A DNA stretch of 64,000 nt from an uncultured Candidatus Saccharibacteria bacterium (GCA_964620175.1 CAZUIL010000001.1:12584-76583), one strand, 5' to 3'; positions 31,026-41,454 are shown, counted from the first letter of the stretch. Notes: generated by a model from the letters alone, not told the origin. Program-made: numbers and translations.

Positions 31026-31415
31026 ATGCCAGTCCAAGCAATAGCACGGAGCGTCAAGCTGTCACCACGTAAAGTAAGCGTGGTAGTCAGCCTGGTGCGC
31101 GGTAGAAGCGTCGCTGAAGCCGAGGCTATATTGTCGCATACCCCACGGCGTGCAGCCCTGCCGGTCCTAAAGACTTTGCAAGCTGCAAAGGCGAATGCTG
31201 ACAACAATCACAACCTTAAACCCGAATCGCTGAGGATTACTGAAATAAGCGTGACGCCAGGTGTCCGCTACAAGCGTTATCGTCCGGCAGCACACGGCCG
31301 CGCCTTGCCATTCCAACGTAAGACGAGCCATATAAAGGTAGTCGTTGACGGCGATAAACGCCAGCCGAAGAAGCAGCCCGCCAAAACGGCACAACCGAAG
31401 AAGGAGAAGGCGTAA
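31026..31415 (+). CDS. rplV: 50S ribosomal protein L22
   Basis: SPRKV, AKANA, TSHI. Confidence 0.98.
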   Translation: MPVQAIARSVKLSPRKVSVVVSLVRGRSVAEAEAILSHTPRRAALPVLKTLQAAKANADNNHNLKPESLRITEISVTPGVRYKRYRPAAHGRALPFQRKTSHIKVVVDGDKRQPKKQPAKTAQPKKEKA

Positions 31416-32044
31416 TGGGACAGAAAGTTAATCCGATAAGCATGCGGCTCCAACTCAACAAGGATTGGCGCAGCAAATGGTTTGCCAATAAGCGCGAGTA
31501 CGCCAACTATCTAAAAGACGACCTGGCTGTACGGCGCCTTATCAAGGACAAGCTTGGTTCACGGGCAGCTATCAATAAGGTAGATATCGAACGCTCGCCT
31601 AACCTCGTATCCGTAACAATCAGCACCGCAAAGGCTGGTGTTGTCATTGGCCGTGGTGGGACCGGCGCCCAGGAGCTCAAGGCTGCAATTGAAAAAATTT
31701 ACGGTGTTCCAGTACGGGTCAATATCGAAGAAGTTAAGAAGCCGGAACTGTATGCCAAGCTTGTGGCTGAAAATATTGCCCACCAGCTGGAGCGGCGCAT
31801 TGCATTTAGACGTGCAATCAAATCATCTTCAGCCGCCAGCATGCGCGCTGGGGCCAAAGGCGTCAGGATTGAAGTCTCTGGCAGGTTAAATGGCGCGGAG
31901 ATGTCACGGCGCGAAAAGGATGTAGTGGGCAGTGTTCCTTTGCACACCCTCAGGGCGGATATTGATTATGCACATGTTGATGCTAAGACGCCCGATGGCA
32001 TTATTGGTGTCAAGGTTTGGATCTATAAGGGGGAGGCTCAGTAA
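31415..32044 (+). CDS. rpsC: 30S ribosomal protein S3
   Basis: [28 protein letters not shown]. Confidence 0.99.
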   Translation: MGQKVNPISMRLQLNKDWRSKWFANKREYANYLKDDLAVRRLIKDKLGSRAAINKVDIERSPNLVSVTISTAKAGVVIGRGGTGAQELKAAIEKIYGVPVRVNIEEVKKPELYAKLVAENIAHQLERRIAFRRAIKSSSAASMRAGAKGVRIEVSGRLNGAEMSRREKDVVGSVPLHTLRADIDYAHVDAKTPDGIIGVKVWIYKGEAQ

Positions 32045-32457
32045 TGTTGCTTCCTAACAGAACCAAGTACCGCAAGGTACGCAAGGGAAAGATCCGCGGG
32101 CCGGCAACGTCTGGCAACTATATCGCGTTTGGTGACTTTGCGCTGCAGTCTATGGAAGGCATGCGCATTACCAGTCGACAGATTGAGGCTGCCCGACAAG
32201 CGATGACCCGTTACGTTAAACGCGGCGGCAAGATATGGATCCGGATTTTCCCGCATACGCCGGTGTCCCGCAAACCGCAGGACGTGAAGATGGGAAGCGG
32301 TAAGGGCAACCCGGAGTTCTTCGCAGCCAAGGTTAAGCCCGGTACCATACTGTTCGAGATGCAAGGCGTATCTGAAGAAGTTGCCCGGGAGGCAATGCGA
32401 TTGGCGAGTCACAAGCTGCCGGTCAAGACAAAGTTCCTGGTCAAGGAGGAAGCGTAA
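32044..32457 (+). CDS. rplP: 50S ribosomal protein L16
   Basis: [21 protein letters not shown]. Confidence 0.99.
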   Translation: MLLPNRTKYRKVRKGKIRGPATSGNYIAFGDFALQSMEGMRITSRQIEAARQAMTRYVKRGGKIWIRIFPHTPVSRKPQDVKMGSGKGNPEFFAAKVKPGTILFEMQGVSEEVAREAMRLASHKLPVKTKFLVKEEA

Positions 32458-32458
32458 C

Positions 32459-32659
32459 ATGAAAATCGTGGAAATACGCAAACTGTCTACTGCCCAGCTG
32501 ACAACGGAAAGCACCAAGCTACGCGAAGAAATAGCCGAGCTTCGACGCCGGCTGCATATGGGTGAAGTGCAGAATGTTAAGGTAATCAGGAACAAAAGGA
32601 AAGATCTCGCTCGCATGCTGACTGTTCTCGGCGAGCAGCTAGCAAAGGAGAAAATGTAA
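32459..32659 (+). CDS. rpmC: 50S ribosomal protein L29
   Basis: MKIVEIRKLS...RKDLARMLT; ATG 32459. Confidence 0.95.
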   Translation: MKIVEIRKLSTAQLTTESTKLREEIAELRRRLHMGEVQNVKVIRNKRKDLARMLTVLGEQLAKEKM

Positions 32660-32961
32660 TGGCACGTGTATTAATCGGCACGGTTGCATCGAACAAGGCT
32701 GACAAAAGCATTGTCGTTTCAGTGCTCACTCGTAAAACACACCCACTCTATAAGAAGCAGTACAGCGAATCCAAGCGGTTTATGGTACATGATGAAAAGA
32801 ACGAGGCTGAAATAGGCGACAAAGTCGCAATCGTAGAAACGAGGCCGATCAGCGCACGCAAGCGATACACCTTGCAGCGTGTCATCGAACGGCCTGCAAT
32901 CCGTCAAGAGGACCAGGCAGTGGCCGATAAAGCGCCGGCTGATGAGGCCGAGGAGCAATAA
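32659..32961 (+). CDS. rpsQ: 30S ribosomal protein S17
   Basis: HPLYKK, HDEKN, ETRPIS. Confidence 0.98.
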   Translation: MARVLIGTVASNKADKSIVVSVLTRKTHPLYKKQYSESKRFMVHDEKNEAEIGDKVAIVETRPISARKRYTLQRVIERPAIRQEDQAVADKAPADEAEEQ

Positions 32962-33329
32962 TGTTACAGCAAGAATCAATTCTTAACGTGTGCGACAACA
33001 GCGGAGCCAAGAAAATACTTTGCATCCGTGTTCTTGGCGGAACCAAGCGTCGCTATGCACGCATTGGTGATACAATCGTCGCCAGTGTCAAAGAGGCTAA
33101 CCCGACCGGCAACGTCAAGAAAAAGTCAGTTGTCAGGGCAGTCGTTGTGCGCACGCAAGCGCCAATTCGCCGCAAGGACGGCTCCACTATCAAGTTCGAT
33201 GATAACGCCGCGGTGATAATCGGCGATGACAAGCAACCGCGTGCGACACGTATATTTGGGCCGGTCCCACGGGAATTGCGTGAGCTTGGCTATAGTAAGA
33301 TAATTTCCCTTGCACCGGAGGTCCTGTAA
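32961..33329 (+). CDS. rplN: 50S ribosomal protein L14
   Basis: [31 protein letters not shown]. Confidence 0.99.
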   Translation: MLQQESILNVCDNSGAKKILCIRVLGGTKRRYARIGDTIVASVKEANPTGNVKKKSVVRAVVVRTQAPIRRKDGSTIKFDDNAAVIIGDDKQPRATRIFGPVPRELRELGYSKIISLAPEVL

Positions 33330-33661
33330 TGAATGCTGTTGTCTATAAGATCCGGCTCAAGAAGGGCGATACAGTCGTAGTACGGTCCGGAAAGCACAAA
33401 GGCAAGACCGGCAAAGTAATCGCGACGCATCCGCGGGAAAACAAAGTTACCGTGGAAGGCATTAACGTGGTGAAGAAGCACGTCAAACCAAACCGCAGCC
33501 ACCCACAAGGTGGCATCATTGAGATTACCAAACCTATCTGGGTTTCGAAGGTCGGCATCGTTGAGCCAAGTAGTAAGCAGCCAAGCAAAATCGGCTACAC
33601 GCTTTCCAAGGACGGAAAACGAGTCCGCATCTATAAGAAAACCGGCAAGGAGATCAAGTAA
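33329..33661 (+). CDS. rplX: 50S ribosomal protein L24
   Basis: KKGDTVVVRSGKHKGKTG KOW motif, VEGINV. Confidence 0.98.
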   Translation: MNAVVYKIRLKKGDTVVVRSGKHKGKTGKVIATHPRENKVTVEGINVVKKHVKPNRSHPQGGIIEITKPIWVSKVGIVEPSSKQPSKIGYTLSKDGKRVRIYKKTGKEIK

Positions 33662-34242
33662 TGGCTACCGCAACTCAATCAAAGCAGGCAGCCGCCAGGC
33701 TAAAAGACCTGTATCATAAGCAACTTGTCAAAGAGCTGCAGGGGGAACTCGGCCTGCAGAACCCGCATGAAGTGCCGCGCATTGAAAAGATCGTGGTCAA
33801 TATTGGCCTCGGCCGTGCCAAAGACGATAAGAAGCTTATAGAGGTGGCTGCCAATACTCTCCGTAAAATTACCGGCCAGCAACCGGTCGAAACCGTTGCC
33901 CGAAAGTCTATCGCCAGCTTTAAACTGCGCGAGGGCAATAAGATTGGGCTCAAGGTGACGCTCCGCGACGAACGGATGTATGAATTCCTGGACAGGATCA
34001 TTACCGTCGTGTTGCCGCGGTTACGCGACTTCCACGGCGTGCCGCAAAAGGCGTTTGACAAGTCAGGTAACTACAGCCTTGGCTTCACGGACCAGTCGGT
34101 GTTCCCGGAGCTAACGTTTGATGAGACAACGACTACCCACGGGCTGCAGGCCGTAATAGTAATCAATAGCAAAGAACCAGCACACTCTAAGGCATTGCTC
34201 GAGAAGTTTGGCATGCCGTTTGAGAGAAAGGAGCAAAAGTAA
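33661..34242 (+). CDS. rplE: 50S ribosomal protein L5
   Basis: KIVVNIG, ITGQQP, FKLREG, LPRLRDF. Confidence 0.99.
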   Translation: MATATQSKQAAARLKDLYHKQLVKELQGELGLQNPHEVPRIEKIVVNIGLGRAKDDKKLIEVAANTLRKITGQQPVETVARKSIASFKLREGNKIGLKVTLRDERMYEFLDRIITVVLPRLRDFHGVPQKAFDKSGNYSLGFTDQSVFPELTFDETTTTHGLQAVIVINSKEPAHSKALLEKFGMPFERKEQK

Positions 34243-34511
34243 TGGCAAAGAAGTCAATTGTCGCACGTGACCTAAAGCGACAGAAAATGATTAAGCGCTA
34301 CGCCGCCAAGCGTGCGGAACTGAAGGCAATGGGCGATTATGAGGGTTTGCACAGACTGCCGCGCAACTCATCTCCTACACGCTGGAAGAACCGATGTATT
34401 GAGACAGGTCGCCCGCACGGATATATGCGGACGTTCGGCCTAAGCCGTATCTCATTCCGTGAACACGCGAGCAAAGGTGAGATCCCTGGCGTAACAAAAT
34501 CGAGCTGGTAG
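34242..34511 (+). CDS. rpsN: 30S ribosomal protein S14 (89-aa, zinc-independent type)
   Basis: [27 protein letters not shown]. Confidence 0.98.
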   Translation: MAKKSIVARDLKRQKMIKRYAAKRAELKAMGDYEGLHRLPRNSSPTRWKNRCIETGRPHGYMRTFGLSRISFREHASKGEIPGVTKSSW

Positions 34512-34523
34512 GGAAGGATATAT

Positions 34524-34919
34524 ATGGTAACAACTGATCCAATAGCAGACATGTTGACAAGAGTCCGGAACGCGATTGCGGTTCGGAAGCATGAGGTATC
34601 CTTGCCACATTCAAAGGTCAAGGAGTCAGTTGCGCGTCTGCTCAAAGAAAACCAGTTCATCGATGACGTTAAGGTTATTGACGCAGATGTCGGCAAGATT
34701 ATGAAAGTTATGATCAATGCCCCTGATGACAATGCACGCATTACCGAAATTGTCCGAATGAGCAAGCCGGGGAGACGGCAGTATGCCCGCGCCGATGACA
34801 TCCCGTTTGTGAAACGCGGCCGCGGGATAGTAATTGTGTCGACATCCCAAGGTATGATGAGTGACCGCGAAGCGCGCCAAAAGCGGCTCGGCGGCGAATT
34901 AATTTGTAAGGTGTACTAA
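34524..34919 (+). CDS. rpsH: 30S ribosomal protein S8
   Basis: DPIADMLTRVRNA, SKPGRR, STSQG, GGELIC. Confidence 0.99.
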   Translation: MVTTDPIADMLTRVRNAIAVRKHEVSLPHSKVKESVARLLKENQFIDDVKVIDADVGKIMKVMINAPDDNARITEIVRMSKPGRRQYARADDIPFVKRGRGIVIVSTSQGMMSDREARQKRLGGELICKVY

Positions 34920-34933
34920 GTGGAGTTACTATA

Positions 34934-35473
34934 ATGAGTCGAGTAGGAAAACTGCCGGTTGCGATACCAAGCGGCGTGACAATCACTGTCGACCCCAGCG
35001 AGATTAGCGTCAGCGGACCCAAGGGTACGCTGAAGCAACCGATTCTAGGGGGTATCACTGTGGTCCAGGAAGGCGACCAGGCCATAGTCGCAAGGGCTAA
35101 TGACGAACCAGTAAACCGCGCCCGCCATGGCCTGATGCGTTCACTGGTAAATAACATGGTGGTCGGTGTCAGCACCGGATTCAGCAAAAAGCTTGAGATT
35201 AACGGCGTCGGTTTCCGCGTCGCGATGCAGGGGTCTGACCTAAAGTTTAACCTTGGTTATTCCCATGACATCATATATAAAGTACCGCAGGGTGTTACAG
35301 CCACTGTCGAACAAAACACCATTACCATCAGCGGTATCGACAAGCAGCAGGTTGGACAGGTCGCTGCGGATATCCGGGCGCTTCGGAAGCCAGAGCCGTA
35401 CAAAGGCAAGGGCATTAAGTACCAGGGTGAGCGCATTATCCGTAAGAGCGGTAAATCTGGTAAGGAAAAATAG
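34934..35473 (+). CDS. rplF: 50S ribosomal protein L6
   Basis: MSRVGKLP, RKPEPYKGKGI. Confidence 0.99.
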   Translation: MSRVGKLPVAIPSGVTITVDPSEISVSGPKGTLKQPILGGITVVQEGDQAIVARANDEPVNRARHGLMRSLVNNMVVGVSTGFSKKLEINGVGFRVAMQGSDLKFNLGYSHDIIYKVPQGVTATVEQNTITISGIDKQQVGQVAADIRALRKPEPYKGKGIKYQGERIIRKSGKSGKEK

Positions 35474-35480
35474 GTTGCAT

Positions 35481-35837
35481 ATGAAACGGTTAGCGAATAA
35501 ATTACACAATCTGAAAATGCGCCGGGCACGGGTGCGTGCCGTGGTCTCCGGTACCGCCGAGCGGCCGAGGCTGAGCGTCCATGTGAGCAATCGCCACATT
35601 TTGGCGCAACTCATTGACGATACCAAGCACGCCACGATTGCTTATGTCACGACTGCCGGCCAGAAGGCACTGAAGGGCACGATGACCGAACGAGCGCAGT
35701 GGGTGGGCGATGAAATTGCTAAAAAAGCACGCACCAAGAAGGTAAGGCAGGTGGTGTTTGACCGAAACGGACGATTGTACCATGGGCGGGTCAGCGCTTT
35801 GGCTGACGCCGCGCGGAAAGGCGGATTGGAGTTCTAA
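35481..35837 (+). CDS. rplR: 50S ribosomal protein L18
   Basis: RPRLSV, AQLIDD, VVFDRNG.LYHGRV, GLEF; ATG 35481. Confidence 0.98.
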   Translation: MKRLANKLHNLKMRRARVRAVVSGTAERPRLSVHVSNRHILAQLIDDTKHATIAYVTTAGQKALKGTMTERAQWVGDEIAKKARTKKVRQVVFDRNGRLYHGRVSALADAARKGGLEF

Positions 35838-35890
35838 TGGCATACTTAGCAGTAGCAGCAAAAAAAGAAGTAACGGGAGAAGGATTCTGA
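35837..35890 (+). CDS. Putative 17-aa mini-ORF coupled to both rplR and rpsE
   Basis: MAYLAVAAKKEVTGEGF*; TAATG overlap with the rplR stop and TGATG overlap with the rpsE start. Confidence 0.45.
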   Translation: MAYLAVAAKKEVTGEGF

Positions 35891-36453
35891 TGGCCGCACC
35901 GTATAGAAGCCGCACCCCTAGGGACAACATAGGGCTGGGCGAAGAAAAGCAGTTTGACGAGCGGGTAGTGCACATTGACCGTGTGGCCCGTGTCGTAAAA
36001 GGTGGCCGCCGGTTCCGATTCCGCGCGCTCGTTGTCATTGGCGATCATAAAAACCGTGTTGGAGTCGGCAGCGCAAAGGGCGCAGACGTCAGTGCAGCGG
36101 TTGCCAAGGCGGTGGACGTCGCCAAGAAAAACATGGTTACCATTTCGCTCAAGAACGGTACGATTCCGCATGACACACAGGCGAAAGTTGGTGGCGCAAA
36201 CATCCTGATTAAGCCGGCCAGCGCTGGTACCGGCCTCATTGCCGGTGGCGTAGTACGGACAGTACTGGAAGTCGCTGGCGTCAGCAACGCCCTCAGCAAA
36301 TCGCTTGGCTCGACTAACAAGACTAACACTGCCTACGCAGCTATCGAAGCCTTGAAGAATGTTGTCCCCGCCGAGAACTGGATTACTACCCGTGCTGCAG
36401 CGATGAGCAAGCCAAAACGGCAAGCAGCTGGCAAAGCGAAAGAGGATAAGTAA
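35890..36453 (+). CDS. rpsE: 30S ribosomal protein S5
   Basis: RVARVVKGGRRFRF, PASAGTGLIAGG, KSLGS. Confidence 0.99.
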   Translation: MAAPYRSRTPRDNIGLGEEKQFDERVVHIDRVARVVKGGRRFRFRALVVIGDHKNRVGVGSAKGADVSAAVAKAVDVAKKNMVTISLKNGTIPHDTQAKVGGANILIKPASAGTGLIAGGVVRTVLEVAGVSNALSKSLGSTNKTNTAYAAIEALKNVVPAENWITTRAAAMSKPKRQAAGKAKEDK

Positions 36454-36923
36454 TGAAGTACAATGAACTGGAAGTACGGTCTACAAAAGCTAAGCGACGT
36501 GTAGGGCGCGGCATAGCCGCCGGACAAGGCAAGACTGCCGGACGCGGCACCAAAGGACAGGGATCCCGAGCCGGTGGTGGTGTCCGTCCTGGGTTTGAGG
36601 GCGGCCAAAATCCGCTGTATGCACGCTTGCCAAAACTACGCGGCTTCCGTTCGCCACGGCCAAAGGCCGAGGTGGTGTATACGGGTCAGCTGGACGAGAT
36701 TAAGGAAACGGTGGTTGACAATACCGCCGCTGCTAAAGCTGGATTGGTTTCTTCACCGCATGTTAAGGCCAAGCTGGTGCTTAAGGGAGACGTTACTAAA
36801 AAGCTGACCGTTAAGCTGCAGGCTGCTTCCAAAGGGGCTGTTGCAGCCATTGAAAAGGCTGGCGGCACGTTCGAAAAGACCGCACAGCTCCCCCGCCAAA
36901 AAAGCAAGAAGTCAGATAAATAG
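36453..36923 (+). CDS. rplO: 50S ribosomal protein L15
   Basis: RVGRG, GKTAGRGTKGQ, GFEGGQNPL. Confidence 0.99.
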   Translation: MKYNELEVRSTKAKRRVGRGIAAGQGKTAGRGTKGQGSRAGGGVRPGFEGGQNPLYARLPKLRGFRSPRPKAEVVYTGQLDEIKETVVDNTAAAKAGLVSSPHVKAKLVLKGDVTKKLTVKLQAASKGAVAAIEKAGGTFEKTAQLPRQKSKKSDK

Positions 36924-36999
36924 CGGCAACGGTTTTATGACACTATAATCTGTGTCATAATAGCCGTAATTCGACAGGTAGAGGGATGTATAAACAGTA

Positions 37000-38502
37000 A
37001 TGAGCTGGAAAGTAATTTGGCGCTCGCTTAAAAACCCTGATATGCGCAAACGCATCATCGCGGTGCTTGGCATGTTGCTTGCCTTCCGCGTGTTGGCGCA
37101 TATACCAATTCCCCTTGGCAATCCGGAAACGCTGAAGCAGTTGCTGGAAAGTCTCTTTACCTCGACGCAAACCACACAACTGCTGAGCTTTATTAATGTG
37201 TTGTCCGGCGGCGCGCTGGCTAACTTTTCCATCGTGCTGGCCGGCCTCGGGCCATACATTACCGCCTCTTTGGTCATGCAGCTGCTCACTAAAGCCATAC
37301 CAAAGCTTGAAGCGCTGAATAAAGAGGGTGAGTACGGGCGCAAGAAGATCAACCAGTACACCCGAACGCTGACGTTTCCACTCGCAGTTATCCAGTCAAT
37401 CGGTGCCATTTACCTTGTCCGCCAGTCCGCGGCTAGTATCGCCGGACTTGGTGATATAACCGCTGGAACGTCGCTGATACAATGGGTGCTCATGGTGGCT
37501 GCCCTTACCGGCGGCTCGATGTTGATGATGTGGCTGGGTGAACTGATTACTGAACAAGGCATCGGCAATGGCATTTCATTGCTTATAACAGTCGGTATTA
37601 TCAGCAGCCTGCCGGCTACCGTGTCACAGATAATGAACTCGGTGATCGACCAAAGCGCACGCTGGAATGTGTTTGGCTTGCAGCTGCCTATTGATACCTC
37701 TGGCTTGATATTCGCGCTGATATTGCTCGCCATAACGGTCATCACCACGATTATTATCGTCAAGCTCAATGAGGCCTCACGCAATATTACGGTCAACTAT
37801 GCTAAGCGGGTACAGGGCAACCGCACCTACGGTGGCGTTACAACCACCCTGCCGGTGAAGCTTATCACTGCCGGTGTTATCCCAATTATCTTTGCTGTGG
37901 CGTTCTTAAGCGTGCCCAGCTTTGTTGGCCAGCTATTGGCCGGCATGAGCAGCGGACGGCTGCAGGAAATCGGCAACACGCTGATTCTGTGGTTCCAGAA
38001 CCCAAGCCCGCAATCCTTTGCGGCCGGCGGGTTTGAGCCGTATGTTTACCCGGTTGTCTACTTCCTGCTCGTCTTTATGTTTACCTTTTTCTATACGAGC
38101 ATTACCTTCAACTCAAAAGAGATCGCCGAGAACCTGCAGAAGCAAGGCGGCTTTATTCCCGGAATCCGCTCCGGCAGCCAAACCGAGCAGTACCTTGCAA
38201 AACTTGTCAACCGGCTTACTTTGTTCGGCGCGTTGAGCCTGGGATTACTGGCGCTCATGCCGATTATCGGTCAGGTATTCCTGCAAACGAGCATTGCCAT
38301 CGGCGGCACGAGCATCCTCATCTTGGTATCCGTAGCGCTCGAGACGCTCCGTCAGCTCGAATCACGCGCGCTTATGGTCACCTATGACGATTACACCCGT
38401 CCGGACTTCTTCGGCGAGCCCACCATCGCTGGCGCACCTGAACCAACCGGCGTCAAACGCCGCTTCGGCCTCCGCAGACATAAAGAAAAAATACAAAAGT
38501 AG
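37000..38502 (+). CDS. secY: Preprotein translocase subunit SecY
   Basis: LGPYITAS, WLGELITEQGIGNGISL, AGVIPIIFA, FIPGIRSG, GGTSILI. Confidence 0.99.
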   Translation: MSWKVIWRSLKNPDMRKRIIAVLGMLLAFRVLAHIPIPLGNPETLKQLLESLFTSTQTTQLLSFINVLSGGALANFSIVLAGLGPYITASLVMQLLTKAIPKLEALNKEGEYGRKKINQYTRTLTFPLAVIQSIGAIYLVRQSAASIAGLGDITAGTSLIQWVLMVAALTGGSMLMMWLGELITEQGIGNGISLLITVGIISSLPATVSQIMNSVIDQSARWNVFGLQLPIDTSGLIFALILLAITVITTIIIVKLNEASRNITVNYAKRVQGNRTYGGVTTTLPVKLITAGVIPIIFAVAFLSVPSFVGQLLAGMSSGRLQEIGNTLILWFQNPSPQSFAAGGFEPYVYPVVYFLLVFMFTFFYTSITFNSKEIAENLQKQGGFIPGIRSGSQTEQYLAKLVNRLTLFGALSLGLLALMPIIGQVFLQTSIAIGGTSILILVSVALETLRQLESRALMVTYDDYTRPDFFGEPTIAGAPEPTGVKRRFGLRRHKEKIQK

Positions 38503-38559
38503 TAAAAACACTTTACAAACACCGGTAGCAACTGATATAATTCACCCTTGTTATAATTT

Positions 38560-38781
38560 ATGGCCAAAAATAAGGAAGTCATCGAGCTGACTGGGACTGT
38601 GGTAGAGACCTTACCGGGGACTCAGTTTCGGGTAGAGCTTCAGAACGGCCATCAAATAATAGCTCATGTCGCCGGCAAAATGCGCAAGCATTTTATCAGG
38701 ATCGTACCAGGCGACAGCGTTACGGTTGAGTTGACCCCTTACGACCTTACGAAGGGCAGAATCACCTATCGCAAGTCATAA
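38560..38781 (+). CDS. infA: Translation initiation factor IF-1
   Basis: [26 protein letters not shown]. Confidence 0.99.
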   Translation: MAKNKEVIELTGTVVETLPGTQFRVELQNGHQIIAHVAGKMRKHFIRIVPGDSVTVELTPYDLTKGRITYRKS

Positions 38782-38877
38782 TTAAGCAGTGTGTTCGGTG
38801 AAAAACCGGATCCGCATAGGCCCAGTGCAGCAACGATGTTGCATAGGGCACCCAAAGAAGAAAGGAATTCCAGCGGG

Positions 38878-38994
38878 ATGAAAGTGCGTGCTAGCGTAAA
38901 GAAAATCAGCTCCGACGACATCATCGTCCGCCGCAAGGGACGGGTGTACGTTATTAATAAAATGAAGCCAAAGCACAAGCAGAGGCAGGGGTAG
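38878..38994 (+). CDS. rpmJ: 50S ribosomal protein L36 (cysteine-free type)
   Basis: [38 protein letters not shown]. Confidence 0.97.
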   Translation: MKVRASVKKISSDDIIVRRKGRVYVINKMKPKHKQRQG

Positions 38995-39049
38995 TGATGG
39001 GTGCTATATTCTTCACAACTCAGAATTCTAAGTCCGGAGGTGACTGCTA

Positions 39050-39436
39050 ATGGCCAGAATCTCAGGCGTAACTATCCCTTCCGAAAAACAAGTGCAAGTG
39101 GCACTGACTTACGTTTACGGCATTGGTCCGCGTACCAGCCGTACGATCGTGGCCAAAGCCAAGGTTGATCCGACGATACGAGTCAAGGATTTAACCGACG
39201 CCGAAATTTCGCGGATCCAAGATGTTATTAACGAAAGTCACACTGTTGAAGGTGAGTTGCAGCGGATCGTGACCGGAAACATTAAGCGGCTGAAGGACAT
39301 TAACGCATACCGCGGCATACGGCACGCTGCCGGTCTGCCATCGCGGGGGCAACGGACTAAGACCAACGCCCGGACACGCCGTGGCAAGAAGGTAACCGTT
39401 GGCGGTACTGCTAAAAAAGTAGCGTCCAAGACGTAG
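39050..39436 (+). CDS. rpsM: 30S ribosomal protein S13
   Basis: MARISG, YGIG, RGQRTKTNARTR. Confidence 0.99.
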   Translation: MARISGVTIPSEKQVQVALTYVYGIGPRTSRTIVAKAKVDPTIRVKDLTDAEISRIQDVINESHTVEGELQRIVTGNIKRLKDINAYRGIRHAAGLPSRGQRTKTNARTRRGKKVTVGGTAKKVASKT

Positions 39437-39451
39437 TTTCAGGAGTAACTC

Positions 39452-39868
39452 ATGGCAGAAGCACCATCAACCACCACCACAACAACAACACCAGCCAGAA
39501 AAAAGAAGGTAAAGCGCTCTGTTCCCTACGGGCAGCTGCACATCCTCGCTACGTTTAACAACACGATAGTGACTTTTACCGACAGCAAAGGCGGCGCCTT
39601 GACCACCGCCAGCGCCGGCGCCCTCGGGTTCCGTGGCTCCAAGAAGGGCACGGCCTATGCCGCGCAGGTAGCGACCGAAAAGGCCGGCCAGGCTGCCCGG
39701 CAACAGCACGGCCTCTCGAAAGTTGACGTATTTGTACGGGGCATCGGTCTTGGCAGGGAAGCAGCCATTAGGACACTGCAATCACTTGGCATACAAGTAG
39801 AGAGCATACGGGACGTGACTGGCATACCGCACGGTGGTGTCCGTCCAAGGAAGGCAAGGAGAGTATAG
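39452..39868 (+). CDS. rpsK: 30S ribosomal protein S11
   Basis: TFNNTIVT, GFRGSKKGT, DVTGIPHGG. Confidence 0.99.
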   Translation: MAEAPSTTTTTTTPARKKKVKRSVPYGQLHILATFNNTIVTFTDSKGGALTTASAGALGFRGSKKGTAYAAQVATEKAGQAARQQHGLSKVDVFVRGIGLGREAAIRTLQSLGIQVESIRDVTGIPHGGVRPRKARRV

Positions 39869-39870
39869 GT

Positions 39871-40488
39871 ATGGCACGAGACAGAGGCTCGATAGTTAAG
39901 ATGAGCCGGCGCGAAGGCTACGCGCTGCACCCAAAGGCTCATAAGGCGCTCGTCAAGCGTTCCAGTCCGCCAGGGCAGCAATCACGCCGTGGCATGAGGA
40001 GCAAGAGCAGCCAGTATGCCTTGCAACTTCGTGAGAAGCAGAAGGTAAAGCGACTGTACGGCCTGCTGGAGCGGCAGTTCAGCAATCTGATGAACGAAGC
40101 GTCGCGCAAAGAGGGCGAATCGGGTGAAATCCTATTGCAGTACCTTGAGCGGCGTTTGGACAACGCTGTGTACCGTGCCGGTTTTGCGCCAAGCCGCCGT
40201 GCCGCCCGTCAGCTCGTTACCCACGGCCACTTCTTGCTGAACGGCCGGCGGGTCGATATCCCGTCTATTCGCTTACAACCCGGTAACGTCATTACGCTCA
40301 GGGACCACAGCAAGCAAACTGAGTACTTTAAGAAAATTGACGACACCAGCCCGGCACCGTCTGAGACACCAGCCTGGCTCAAGATCAACCGCAAGAAGTT
40401 CGAAGTGCAAGTTACCGGCTTACCAACCAGAGAAGAGGTGGAGCCTGACATTAATGAGCAACTAATCGTGGAATACTACTCACGCTAA
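39871..40488 (+). CDS. rpsD: 30S ribosomal protein S4
   Basis: QLREKQK, LERRLDN, ARQLVTHGH, VEYYSR. Confidence 0.99.
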   Translation: MARDRGSIVKMSRREGYALHPKAHKALVKRSSPPGQQSRRGMRSKSSQYALQLREKQKVKRLYGLLERQFSNLMNEASRKEGESGEILLQYLERRLDNAVYRAGFAPSRRAARQLVTHGHFLLNGRRVDIPSIRLQPGNVITLRDHSKQTEYFKKIDDTSPAPSETPAWLKINRKKFEVQVTGLPTREEVEPDINEQLIVEYYSR

Positions 40489-40507
40489 GGGAGGCAAATT
40501 AAAAGCT

Positions 40508-41452
40508 ATGTCAAAACTAATTCACACACCAGGAGTCGTAAATGTCGATGATCACGGCGCCAACAGCGCGACGTTTTCAGTCGAGCCGCTCCACACCGGC
40601 TATGGAATGACACTCGGCAATTCGTTGCGACGGGTGTTGCTTTCAAGCATTGCCGGGGCCGCTGTTACCGCTTTTAAAGTTGAAGGCGCAACACACGAAT
40701 TCACCACACTCAAAGGCGTCAAGGAAGATATCGTTGAAATTATGCTCAACCTTAAGGGTATCCGTTTCCGTGTGTTCGGCGGCGAGTTGCAATCGCTGCG
40801 CCTCACTAAGAAGGGCAAGGGCAAGGTAACGGCCAAGGACATTGCGACCAACGCTGACGTTGAGATAGTAAATCCCGATCATGTTATTGCTACCATTGAT
40901 GATGATAAAGCCAGTGTCGTTATGGACCTCGTGGTTGAGACTGGCCGCGGCTACCGCACGGTTGAGGAAGGAGCCACTCGGAAAGCAAGCGATATGATCG
41001 CACTTGACGCGGTCTTCAGCCCGGTACTCCGTGTTCGCTACAAGGTGGAGAATACCCGTGTCGGCCAGGTGACTGACCTCGACAAGCTGATTATCACGAT
41101 TGATACTGACGGGTCAATTACACCGCGTGAGGCGTTCGAAGAGGCGGCAGCCATACTCGTAAACCAGTACACCGCCCTCGCCGGCCAAACCCGCGTAGAG
41201 GCCGCCGCGCCAATTGGCAATACTATTGACGAGGCAAGTGACGGTGAAGGATCCGAGGACGCACCCGAGCTGATGACGCCAATTGAGGACCTTAACCTTT
41301 CAGCCCGGACCACCAACGCCCTCATCAACAATGACATCCACACACTCAAGGATCTCTTCAGCCTTAGTGACGCAGAACTCAGGGACCTGAAGGGCTTTGG
41401 CAGCAAGGCACTGGATGAAGTAAAAGAAAAGCTTGCGGAGTTGGAACTGTAG
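40508..41452 (+). CDS. rpoA: RNA polymerase alpha subunit
   Basis: GYGMTLGNSLRRVLLSS, HEF, FSPV, alpha-CTD LSARTTN. Confidence 0.99.
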   Translation: MSKLIHTPGVVNVDDHGANSATFSVEPLHTGYGMTLGNSLRRVLLSSIAGAAVTAFKVEGATHEFTTLKGVKEDIVEIMLNLKGIRFRVFGGELQSLRLTKKGKGKVTAKDIATNADVEIVNPDHVIATIDDDKASVVMDLVVETGRGYRTVEEGATRKASDMIALDAVFSPVLRVRYKVENTRVGQVTDLDKLIITIDTDGSITPREAFEEAAAILVNQYTALAGQTRVEAAAPIGNTIDEASDGEGSEDAPELMTPIEDLNLSARTTNALINNDIHTLKDLFSLSDAELRDLKGFGSKALDEVKEKLAELEL

Positions 41453-41454
41453 CC

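Noticed and set aside
39467-39492. Poly-Thr tract in S11 (and poly-Ser in RecG) as phase-variable repeats
   Set aside because: Mixed codons and in-frame; ordinary low-complexity linkers.
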